A stretch of DNA of 64,000 nucleotides, taken from assembly GCA_951406725.2 (NCBI GenBank), contig OX597814.1, positions 120,466,001 through 120,530,000 on the forward strand. The letters run 5' to 3'. The DNA comes from Octopus vulgaris (Eukaryota). The notes below the pieces were generated by a model. It had not been told where the DNA came from. It worked only from the letters and a program-made list of their open reading frames with translations, and did no database searches. Numbering within the stretch: the stretch's first letter is position 1; every line of letters starts with the position of its first letter. The position numbers were made by a program, and so were the translations under genes. This document shows positions 53,074 to 64,000 of this stretch, one piece after another.

Positions 53074-54584
53074 AAATATTCGGCATGAAGTTTAGGATAT
53101 TTAATGCGATGAGATATTTCAGCATAAATAGGACATATAACTAAACTATATATGAGGAAAAAAGACTAAACTACGGGCAGTTTTGAATTCACTAATGAAA
53201 AGACATTATTCCTATTAGCTCATGATAATGAAAATTATTACCAGGAAATTACGATTTTATTCACAGACGAAGTGTTTCTGACGCTACTGGAGTTTTAGAA
53301 AATGCTATCAGTTAATGGGTATTTCTAAAGATGAGATAGTTATAGTTCATTATCACCATTTATCCTTGTATTTCGATGAATACACCATCGTTTTTGTTTT
53401 GTTTTATTTCTCCAGATGTGAAGTGTACTAATATTCTTTATATTCTTTAAAGGTTAAATGAATCGTGAATAAAAGAAACCGACGTAGGTGTATAAATAGT
53501 ATCATGTAGACACACTAAGCAGATTAATACCTACAATAACTTGCTTTGAGTCAACTGCGCAGTTTTTCTGAACTTGAGGTCAATTTGATTATATATTGAA
53601 CATCGCATGGTAACAAGTCAAAAGATTGAAAATTTAATATTGCATGATAAAAATAAAAATTTCAATCTAATCAACTAGCAAACATCATGAAAACAGACAG
53701 CGCAATGATTGGCATCGTTAAAAATATTCATTAATGAAAACATAAATAATCCGAAATTCCAATCGATTTTCCCCGACAGCCAACGTCATTTACAATCAAA
53801 ATGTTTTCGTTATAAATTTCCAACACTGGTACTTATACTTTGTACGCTACATCAGTATGCTACAACGCTAAATAAATGATATAATCAACTTATTATTTGA
53901 TAACTTTCAAATATTATTTAAGCGTCGGCAGGAATTCTAAACCATAGAAAGAAAAGTCAATGCTCTCCCACACATTTTCTAATCCTTGTCAGAACATTCC
54001 ATTCACACGCAACATGCTAAGAAAATGCATTCATATCAACACATGTACCTACAGACGCACAAACACTGAATTGCACATACATATATGGACACATACACAT
54101 GCACACCGACATATATTTTAATTGCATTCATTACCGGAATAATAATACGCCAATGGTTTTATGAATTTTTTCAGTGACTTAAGGCTATAAAAGAAATTAA
54201 TTTTTTTTTTAATAACCTAGATTCACAGTGAATAAATACCGATATACACATAAAGAAATACGTACCATAGTATTTGGAACATTAAATCTAGGTTCGATTT
54301 CGTTAAGGTGGATATAAATGTAAAGAAAGTAAACCGTGTATGAGTTGAGAGGGATGATAGCCTGTGTTATTTGTTAACGTGTTACAAAAATGTTGATTAC
54401 AAAGGAACTTACCATTTCATACAAATTAAAGATTATCCGCGCCAGGAAATAAGAAGTGAGTGGAAATGGGTAATGGCTTAGTACATGGTGTAGAGAGTGG
54501 TGCTTGAGAAACAATGTGCTTAAATATGTACTTCAACATCCAGCCGGGTATTTATGAGAAAAATATATTTATAGCTATCTTACA

Positions 54585-54999
54585 GCAGGAGTGGCTGTGT
54601 GGTAAGTAGCTTGCTAACCAACCACATGGTTCCGGGTTCAGTCCCACTGCGTGGCACCTTGGGCAAGTGTCTTCTGCTATAGCCCTGGGCCGACCAACGC
54701 CTTGTGAGTGGATTTGGTAGACAGAAACTGAAAGAAGCCCGTCGTATATATGTATATATATATATGTGTGTGCGTGTATCTTTGTGTGTCTGTGTTTGTC
54801 CCCCTAGCATTGCTTGACAACCGATGCTGGTGTGCTTACGTCCCCGTTACTTAGCGGTTCGGCAAAAGAGACCGATAGAATAAGTGCTGGGCTTACGAAA
54901 GAATAAGTCCTGGGGTCGAGTTGCTCGATTAAAGGCGGTGCTCCAGCATGGCCGCAGTCAAATGACTGAAACAAGTAAAAGAGTAAAAGAGTAAAGAGT
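54585..54999 (+). mobile_element. SINE family A, near full length
   Basis: Alignable to the other copies. Confidence 0.95.
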
Positions 55000-55017
55000 T
55001 ACCATAATATCTAATTA

Positions 55018-56005
55018 TCAGGTCATCCCATAAGTTCTGTCCGAATTTTGAATAAAGAAACCAAGTGATCATATGTTATATTTAATTAAAATTTAATCAT
55101 CAATATACTTTTCCTGATTATCTATGGCTTCCTTCTATCTATTTACAAGCTTTTTAATCCAATCAATGTAAAACGCTTTCGGTTTCAAAATGAACACTGA
55201 AACCTCAGTTACGATCTCCTCCTGGCTTGCGAAAGTTATATCCCCCAAATGATTCTGTAAACTACAAAACAAATGGTAGCCTGAAAAAACAATGTCGGGA
55301 GAATAAAGTGGATGAGGAATTTTTTTCCCAACCAAGCTCTTTGATTTTCTGTGATGTGAACTTTACCGTGCGGTGTCACGCATTGTCCTGATGAAACATC
55401 ACTCATTTTCGATTCAATAAAGCGGGTCTTTTTTTCTCCAAAGCTTGGTTCAAACGCTCTAATTGCTGACAGTAGACTTGAGCATTGATTGTTACATTAG
55501 GCAGTAACAATTCAAACTGAATTATTCCTTTGCAATCCCACCAGATAGAGAGAAGAAACTTTTTTTCCATGAAGGCACCTTCTCGTTTGTGGTTGAGCTT
55601 TTTTTCCATTTTACCAAGCCACAGATTATGACGCTTAACATTTCGATAGAAGATCCATTTTTCATCACCAGTCACAAGTCTATCCAAAAAGGGTGAAATG
55701 AGTTTGCAAGAATGTAGAGGAGAACAAATGTCAACTGTCTGGTTACCTTGGTTTGATATTGCTTTCCCTGCACATCATGCTTGCAAACGGTCTGAACCGA
55801 TCTGCGCCAAATCCAAGTACCTTCCGATAAATTTACGTTGCACCCACCATATCTCAGTGATCACAGGATGTTATCAGTTTCTGGTTTTGCCTTCCACTGC
55901 TTTCCACATCTCCTGGATTGCACCTGATTTCTATATATTTCGACTATTTCAGCATCATCGCCGTTCGTACCTTCCCTACTCTATAAATTTTGATTGTTGA
56001 CCCCT
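55018..56005 (-). mobile_element. Mariner (DD34D) relic lacking its 5' end
   Basis: LVTGDEKWIFY, LSIWWDCKGII and PHPLYSPDIVFSGYHLF motifs; TA|TCAGGTCATCCCATAAGTTCTGTCCGA TIR at 55018. Confidence 0.92.
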
Positions 56006-56237
56006 CTGGTAATTTCAAGGAGCCTGATTTTATGATAGACTTGAGCTGTTCTATATCGGAAGTATGCCTAGTCATTTTGTAATGAACACATTACACTTTT
56101 GCGCAATGATCTGATCTTGTGGTAGTGAAACCTCGTATACTGAAAGTGGCCACATACATATACATGTATGTATGTGTGCGTGTGTGTTTATGTAGGAATT
56201 TATGTATGTATATAGGGCTTTAAATAGGACTTTATCA

Positions 56238-57793
56238 GGTATTCATTGATATCTTACTAAGGCTTTTGACTTTGTCGGTCGAACTGCCTTGTGAGAGATT
56301 TTGAGGAGACTTGGATGCACAGTAAAGTCTCTCACTTTTCTGAAGCAGTTTCATGATGGCATGGAGGTAAAGAAAAGCATTCGCGAAAAGCTCTCGGAGC
56401 CTATCTCTGTCATGAATGGGGTAAAATAACATGACATGTCAGCGCCCACTCTCTTCACCCTCTATTTTACTATAGTTTTTCCATTGGCTTTCAATGGCTC
56501 CTTTATTTATATATCATATACCGCACAGCAGTAAAAATCCTAAATATCAGAAGCCTGTCAACTAAGTCAAGGACGTTCTCAACTCTTATTAGAGTTTTGA
56601 TATTGTCATTCCTACTGAGGAGGACATGCAAAATCTTATGAATGCAATTTCAGTGGCTTGTGAGGCACTTGACGTAAACATAAACCTGTTTTAACTAAAA
56701 CTGTTGTCATGTTTCAGCCAGCACCAGGAATGCCATACATAGAACCTGGTATCTTCGTGTATGGAAGAAAACTTTGTGTAGTTTCTAGGTTTGTTTACTT
56801 AGGGAGCACACTAAACAAATCAGCGAATCTTGATGATGAAGTGTCACTACGCATTCAGAAAGCCAGTTTTGCTTTTGGCAAACTGGAAGACCGTCTATGG
56901 TCTAGATATGGTATTTCCACTACTTCAATGATTAAGATGTATAATACATGTATCTTAACCTCTTTATTGTATAGTTGCGAAACGTGGGATGTGTATTGTA
57001 AGCTTTTAAAAGTTATGGAACTTTTCCATCAACAATGTCTCAGAAGGATTTTGAGGATCAGCTGGAAAATGCTTGTGAGTGACGATCAGGTGCTGAGATA
57101 GGGAAATGCTTCTGTATTGGACCTTTGCTATTGCAGTAGAGGTTGTGATGTAGTGGACACCTTAGAATGACAGACAACAGAATGCCTAAATAACTTTTTA
57201 CAGAGAATTGGTGACAGGTAAGTGTCCCTCCCACAAACCAAAACGTTCAAAGTCCTGAAGTCGGGATTGAATAAGATAAAATGTCCAGTTCACAATTGGG
57301 AGAATTTAGCGCATTGCCGAGACAAATGGAAAAAAACTGTGTATATAGGCAAAAATGAATTTGAAAAGAAGAGAATGAGGCATGCAAAGATCAAAAGAAA
57401 GGTGAGAAAAAGTGACAGGAATGTTTTAACAAGCATTAATGAACGTGATGATCTTACCTGTGATCAATGTTGTGGAAAGATTTGCCTTATTAAGGCTGGG
57501 CTAAAGAACCATATCAAATCACACATTGCACAACCTGACATCGATTAGAGATGGACAGCTGATTTCGAATGCATACTCTGTCATAAAGTGTGCAGATCAA
57601 AATGTGGATTGCAAAGGCATAGTAATGCTCATGGAGCTGTAATCACCAGGCTTTCTTGCACTAATTGTCAAAAAGCATGCAAGTCTTTGACAGACCTCAA
57701 AAGTCATATTCGTACAGCTCATCGATGATATTATAGGGCATAAAGGAGTCAGGTAATGGCTCAACTCGAAATTGAGTTGGAAACCATCATCAT
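56238..57793 (+). mobile_element. 5'-truncated RTE-clade LINE with three C-terminal C2H2 zinc fingers
   Basis: LTKAFD, FVYLGS, LLYSCETW and FHQQCLRRILRISW motifs; three CxxC-x12-H fingers ending at the stop at 57728; 3' hairpin and (CAT)n tail. Confidence 0.92.
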
Positions 57794-58419
57794 GTACGTA
57801 TGTAGTTATGTATGCATGCATATATGCATTTATGAATGTATGTATGTATGTATGTATGTATGTATGTATGTATGTATGTATGTATGTATGCATGTATGTA
57901 TGTATGCATGTATGTATGTATGTATGTATGTATGTATGTATGTGTGTATGTATGTATGTATGTATGTATCTATGTATGTATCTATGTATAAATAAAACGT
58001 GGCCGAGCTAAATTTGACATCTTGCCTAAAAGGGAAAGAAATAGGGGCTAGTGCAATCACTGAAATTCTCCAGCAACGACTTCTGAATTTTTTCCGCAGA
58101 TTCCTGCTGTCACACATATGGCCTTCCAACAGCAATCCTCTGCTGCCACGATTTGACCACAGTCTCCAACAACCTAAGATGGCCGTCTAAATTGAGCCTA
58201 ACACCCATTTCAGAGAGGTCTACATTAATGTTTTAGTACTCTCACTTTCCTGCTGTCCATGTCTTCGTAGTTTCAGTTGCAGCTGTCCATGTCACGTCTT
58301 ATAGCCTTCACAGACCACTGAACAGTACATTTTCTCAACTCCAACTTTATTGCTCTGAAAAACGATGATTGTTAAACAATTCCTTAAGCTGTTCCCAAGG
58401 AAGGAGGCATAACATGGAC

Positions 58420-58617
58420 TGTCCTTATTCAAAATGTGACCTCGTGTGTACCGTTGGCGATCTTCCCTTCTCTGGATCTTTCCTTCTCCTATGTTTCCGA
58501 CGAAGAGCTCCGCTCAAAACGTTAAACCCTCCTTCTTTCCTGAGCGTCCAATAATACTATATTTGTTCCACGTCCTCGCGTTGTTGTGTTTTTTTGTGCT
58601 TTCTTGTTTGGATTAAC
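58420..58617 (+). mobile_element. Short repeat family F, second copy
   Basis: Reverse complement of 48450-48640; gttt-CCGACGA-a-gagc-tcc-gctc-AAAAC-GTT-aaac. Confidence 0.7.
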
Positions 58618-58641
58618 TATATATATATATATATATATATA

Positions 58642-59649
58642 TTGTTGGCATCCTTTTTGTCTCGGGAGACAATGGAGTTGCGCATAAAATTATCTAGTCT
58701 GGCTTTTACATTTCATGTCCTAATACATTTCCTGCTGTGGCTGTGTAGTCCTATCCTGGACAAACACTCCCTCTGGCAGGTGCCGCAAATGTAGCGAAGA
58801 CTTTGCCTGGCTGGGTGTAATGCCATAGTTTCTCGTTGACGTTATTTCTTGTTTTTCCATATCTCCTCTCTCTCTATCTGTCACTCCTTTGTGTTCCCTC
58901 TTTTACGGTACGTCGCCAATCTCCACGGTTGCTGGCAACTGCTTCCCAGTTGCTAATATTGATGTTGCAGGCATTCATGTCCCATTTGCAAACATCCTTG
59001 TATCGTAAGAACGGTCTTCCCACATACCTAGTGCCCCTAGCAAGCTCTCCGTAGAGTATGTCCTTGGCGATTCTGCCATCTTCCATACGGCTAACATGTT
59101 CAAGCCAACTCATACGTCTTTGTGTGAGGAGTGCAAACATGCTTGGTATTCCTGCTTGCTTGAAGACACCTTTGTTGGGGACATGATTCTGCCATTTGAT
59201 GCGAAGGATTTCCCAGAGGCAGCGCAGATGAAAGATATTTAGGCGACGCTCTTGGTGTGTGTATGGCGTCCAAGTCTCACTTCCATACAGTAGAGTGCTA
59301 AGTCTGGTAAATCTTCCTTTTTGTGGTCTTGGTCAGCTTATTGTTGTCCCATGCCCGTTTGGAGAGTTGGACCATCACAGTAGCTGCCTTGCCAATGCAT
59401 ATATTGAGCTCAGCATCAAGAGATAGGTTGTAGGTGACGGTAGAGCCAAGATAGTTAAACTTCTCCACCACCTGTAATCTGTTTTGAGCAAGCGGGAAAC
59501 AACTTTGGCTTAGTTATCAGCCTCAAGAAGACAAACATCATGGTTCAGGCTACATGGGACATCCCAAACATACATATTAGAGACCACAGATTACAGGAGG
59601 TGGAGAAGTTTACCTATCTTGGCTCTACCGTCACCTACAAACTATCCCT

Positions 59650-59653
<4 letters not shown>
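58642..59653 (-). mobile_element. 5'-truncated RTE LINE (second family) with a 5' inversion, inserted in (TA)n
   Basis: WLEHVSRMEDGRIAKDILYGEL..GRPFLRYKD; 3' end ccattgtctcccgagacaaaaaggatgccaac; segment 59490-59653 (GLVISLKKTNIM..EKFTYLGS) lies on the plus strand. Confidence 0.92.
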
Positions 59654-59706
<53 letters not shown>

Positions 59707-59774
59707 ATCGACTCATATATACCACGTCTCCTCAATAAATATCCGGATAATTGCCATAGTAACGACTATTGCTA

Positions 59775-60010
59775 AAGTACGCAGAGTAAATCTGTTCTGC
59801 ACAGATTAACCTTCAACTCTGCTGTGCATACATACACAGTTTTCGCGTTCTATCTCACTTCCGCTGATTACAGCAGTGCTTGGAAGGAAGATATGTAGCG
59901 TGTGATCGTCGCATTGACAATTACAGAGAAATTCTGCCAAAAGCTTGACGATACCTGCTCAGAGGCCTATGTAAAGTTTTCGAAATATTTTCACCGTTCT
60001 CCACACAATC
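59775..60010 (+). mobile_element. Possible mariner-derived 5' relic
   Basis: KFCQKLDDTCSEAYVK resembles mariner N-terminal (IKFC.KLG.T..E) sequence. Confidence 0.45.
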
Positions 60011-60794
60011 AAGGAAATCTTTTGCAGCTGGCATAAACGTATCAGACACACGTCTCGTACACAAGTCGTCAGTGATAATGTATTAAACTGAACCGCACTT
60101 AATCTGCACATCCTCTGATAACTGATTTTTTTGGTCATCCGGGAAACGCCTGAAACACTCGTACACTTGCGTGCGTCTCATATACTCTTCCCCATACGCG
60201 TACTTCTTAGGCCTCTAAGCAGGTACCGCCATGACAATTTTCTCTGTCATGGTCCATACGACGATCACATGCTACGCAACTTTGTTCCAAGCAGTGCTGC
60301 AGTGAAAACTTCGTGCGCTTGCGCAGCACATGTCAAGGTCAATATCTGCCGAGCGGCTTTACTCTATGTACTTTAGCTTCGTTTGTATCGCAATAGTGCG
60401 TATACTTATTGATCAAATATATATATGTATATATATATATATATATACACGCACACACTCATACATACATGTATATGGAAAGAAAAAGTGTATTCCTACA
60501 CAGGAAGAAATATTGTTTGGGGTTTGAAAATACATCTGAATATGAAAAAAAAGCGTAGATATTTTTTAAAAGATTTATTCACATGCATTCCAAATTGGTT
60601 TCAACAAACTATTTTAAGAATGGTACAAATAACTATAAAACAAGGAGATTTTAACGGAGTTTAAAATCTTCAACAGGTTTAAAAAATATCAAATGAATAA
60701 ATGATCACATAAAATTAAATTAGTTTCACAGGGATAGATACTATCAACGTAAATGTCAAATGTATCTATCATTATATCTATCTATCTATCTATA

Positions 60795-61023
60795 TAGGGT
60801 GGCAACAATGTTGCAGTTATTCAACTATCTCTTTCGCATTCATATATTAACGATTTCGATCTTGCTTATAAAAAAAAGTGAAACCATTATTATATGTTAA
60901 TTTAGTTAATTTTTTCAAGCCTTTTTTCAGTTTGTAAGAAACACATTTAAATGTAATGTCATGTGTTTAAATAAATTTTAGGCGCCTACATGATAACTGT
61001 AAACCTACATTTTGTACACCCTG
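60795..61023. mobile_element. Possible Tc1/mariner-type MITE
   Basis: Left end tagggtggcaacaatgttgcagttat; right-end reverse complement cagggtgtacaaaatgtaggtttacagttat; TA flanks. Confidence 0.5.
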
Positions 61024-61055
61024 TAGATCTATTTATCTCTCTCTCTCTCACTCAC

Positions 61056-61093
<38 letters not shown>

Positions 61094-61292
61094 TGTATAT
61101 ATATATATATATATATTATCGAGGCAACCATGCCTCGAAACCTAAATGGAGGCCGGAGCAGTTTTCCGCCAAGACATCCGAAACTCGGAGTCTTATAATG
61201 GCCACCGAATAATTGTCATATATTATATTACAGATAAATTACTCTATTTATATAATATCAAGATCTCATTCATTCTTTCGTTGTCTTCCTAT

Positions 61293-61352
<60 letters not shown>

Positions 61353-61925
61353 ATATATGCATGTCGTATGTTTTCATATAATGAATTGTATGTCAGTGCA
61401 AATAGTGTGTACAGGTACTATATGATCAGTTATTGTTACGAGGTAGGTAGGAGTATCCCAGATATATTCAACATTCAATATAACATAGACACCCAGGTAT
61501 AATTTCAACGACAACAGCAAGCTGTGAATAGAAAGACTGGAGACGAAGTCGACTATAACATTATCGGTTGGAATATTTGCAAGATTTTATACGTTAAAAC
61601 TGTATAATTTTTAGTTAAAGATAGTTAGACGTTTGTTGTTGATGTATCTGTATCAAATACCTTACATTCTGTACCGTTGGTCGTTTTCTTAAAATTTTAC
61701 TTTACATTAATTGCACAAATTTAATTTACGCTGATTTATATCCTACTGATTTTTATTGGTAAACTTGGTAAATATAAGGTTATAGATTACTTTTGAGACT
61801 CAAAGTATAAGGTGAAATGCATAATAAAATGTTTTAACCTTTAAATGTCTAAGAGATTCCTTACGCGCGCACACACAGACACACACACATATATACATAC
61901 ATACATACATGCATACATACATATG

Positions 61926-61963
<38 letters not shown>

Positions 61964-61964
<1 letters not shown>

Positions 61965-63028
61965 TAGCATTAATGACCCGTCGTTGCCGGGTCATAGTCC
62001 TAGTGCATGTATATATGTGTATATATATGTGTACATATTACATGTACATCTATATATATACATCTACACATAAAATACAAAAAATACAAAGTTATATCGT
62101 GATATCGCTAGTGATAACAACACTCAAAATATATAACAGACTGGAATTTTTAACCCGTCTCTTGTAATTTCGATCAATTGTATCTTGTCCTCCCTCTTGT
62201 ATAGAAGTGTGGCTACAATCCAGCCTACCTCTACTTATTTTTTTTCCGGGACGTCCTACGTCCCAGATATAAAGGTAAAGATAAAATATTTCCACTTTGC
62301 AAGTTCGAGTCGAGTACTCCCTTGAACGCTCTGTTGACTCTTTTCGAAGGTGCTTTCCTCCATGTGTTCAAATCTTTTTTCTCTACATTGTATACTTTAT
62401 AGACAATAGTCTTTTCTTTAATTTATTTTTTAATTATTCAGCTGGACTATTCCATTTCTGCACGCTAATTTTATTTCTAATTTATTCCCATTCAAGTTCA
62501 AATCACTGATGCAATTTTATACCAATTGCTATTTTTACTTCTTTTCTATGTTACGATTATATTATACTTTAGTTTGATTTTAATTATTACTTACTACATA
62601 TAATTTAATTGTTATTATTATTTTTATTGTTAAAGTGAAAGTATCTGACATAAAATAGAGAAACGTTTTTGTTTCACTTTTAACACGTAATATTGAAATA
62701 GTGGAGAAGATGTGATATTGCTATGGGCTCGCTCTAGGCAAGAAGTTGAACATTTTTTTGCCCATGAAACTACATGTACACTAAGTAAGGCATGTGTAAA
62801 ATTTGAATGGAATTGGTTGCGTAGTTCTCAAGTTCTAGGGAATCGTAGTGGAGAAGATATGATATTGCTAGGCAAAAAGTTCAAAATTATTTTGTCCGAT
62901 GACACTTCCCGGACCCTAAGTAACGTATGTGTAAAATTTGAATGAAATTGGTTGTGTAGTTCTCAAGTTTTAGGGAAACACACAGACAGACAGACAGACA
63001 CACATTCTCAGTTATATATATATAAAGA
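61964..63028 (-). mobile_element. Non-autonomous Helitron (second family), complete, in (TA)n
   Basis: Minus strand A|TCTTTATATA start (63028), (GTCT)n near the 5' end, hairpin ATGACCCG..CGGGTCAT (61973-61995), CTAG|T end; internal ~140-bp tandem duplication at 62701-62979. Confidence 0.85.
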
Positions 63029-63078
63029 TATATATATATATAAATATATACATATGTATGTATGCATGTATGTATGTA

Positions 63079-63129
<51 letters not shown>

Positions 63130-63184
63130 GCATACATACATTCATAGAAATACACTCACACACAGAAACACACATATATATCAT

Positions 63185-63232
<48 letters not shown>

Positions 63233-63819
63233 GAAGGAGACAGTGAGATGCAGATTGCCGTTAATTTGTTTCATATAAAGCTTGAAACGATTATTTCAAC
63301 AATATATTCAGAATGATGCTTCTGAATATATAGCGTCTGATTAATTTGCACCAACGTGTTATGATCAAGTAGGTAACCTTACATCGTAAACGATTTTCTT
63401 AACTATGATTCCGTGAAAAGCAACACAAGACTAAATTCTATTACTTATGTCAGTACATCTTTTACTCAATTTAGTAAATCAGGTTTTGCTGAAACCTCCA
63501 CTATACCCACACACACACACTGCTAATATATATTTCACAAACGAACAGCAAATATACTCCTTCAGAAGAAACATTCCACGAAAATTAAGGTTGTTTTCAA
63601 TTTTAGAGTCTAAAACTTCTATTTCATCTTCCATTTAATTTATTTTGCCAAGGCTATAAAGCACGGGTTTCATCGTCTCTACCTTTAAAGTATTTATCTA
63701 ATAGACTTGAAATAATTTTGAACGTCTATACAAGCTTTAATTTTGTCAAATATATACCCTTCGCTTCTTTCCCCTTAATATCACCGAACTACAGTATGCC
63801 TAGATACTTGTATCCATTG

Positions 63820-64000
63820 CCAAAGCGTTATAACATCCGTTAAGTATATTCTTATTCTATCTAGACACAACGCCCGAAATTTTAAAGGAGGTGGGGCAGT
63901 CGATTAAATCGATCCCACTACGCAACTGGTACTTAATTCATCGACCCCGATAGGATGAAACGCAAAGTAGACCTCAGCGTAATTTGAACGTAAAGACAGA
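63820..64000 (-). mobile_element. SINE family B (B2-type tail), cut by the window edge
   Basis: cgcaactggtacttaattcatcgaccccgataggatgaaa. Confidence 0.88.

Noticed and set aside
54412-54502. Possible minus-strand exon ending ATG|gtaagt (..YFLARIIFNLYEM)
   Set aside because: The donor is good but the acceptor is weak and the His-rich peptide has no clear homology; it cannot be supported without transcripts.

Overview
AT-rich, microsatellite-dense eukaryotic DNA, most likely intronic or intergenic sequence from an octopus (inferred from the SINE families and repeat landscape, not from a database search). There is no intact protein-coding gene and no rRNA, true tRNA or CRISPR array. Most ORFs in the supplied track are translations of (TA)n/(CA)n/(AAT)n/(TATC)n repeats. 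The window contains about 25 tRNA-derived SINE copies from at least 5 families, an R4/Dong-type RLE LINE inside (AAT)n, and two RTE LINE relics (one ending in three C2H2 zinc fingers). It also holds Penelope-like (GIY-YIG) relics, mariner/maT/Tc1 and hAT-like DNA-transposon relics, and two complete non-autonomous Helitrons. One 100-bp minus-strand exon candidate encodes two transmembrane helices (MFS/SLC17-like). The most notable signals are (1) short dispersed repeats carrying minimal type-I hammerhead-ribozyme cores, (2) recurrent fold-back inversions with duplicated junctions in unrelated elements, and (3) a mariner whose complementary halves lie in permuted order.
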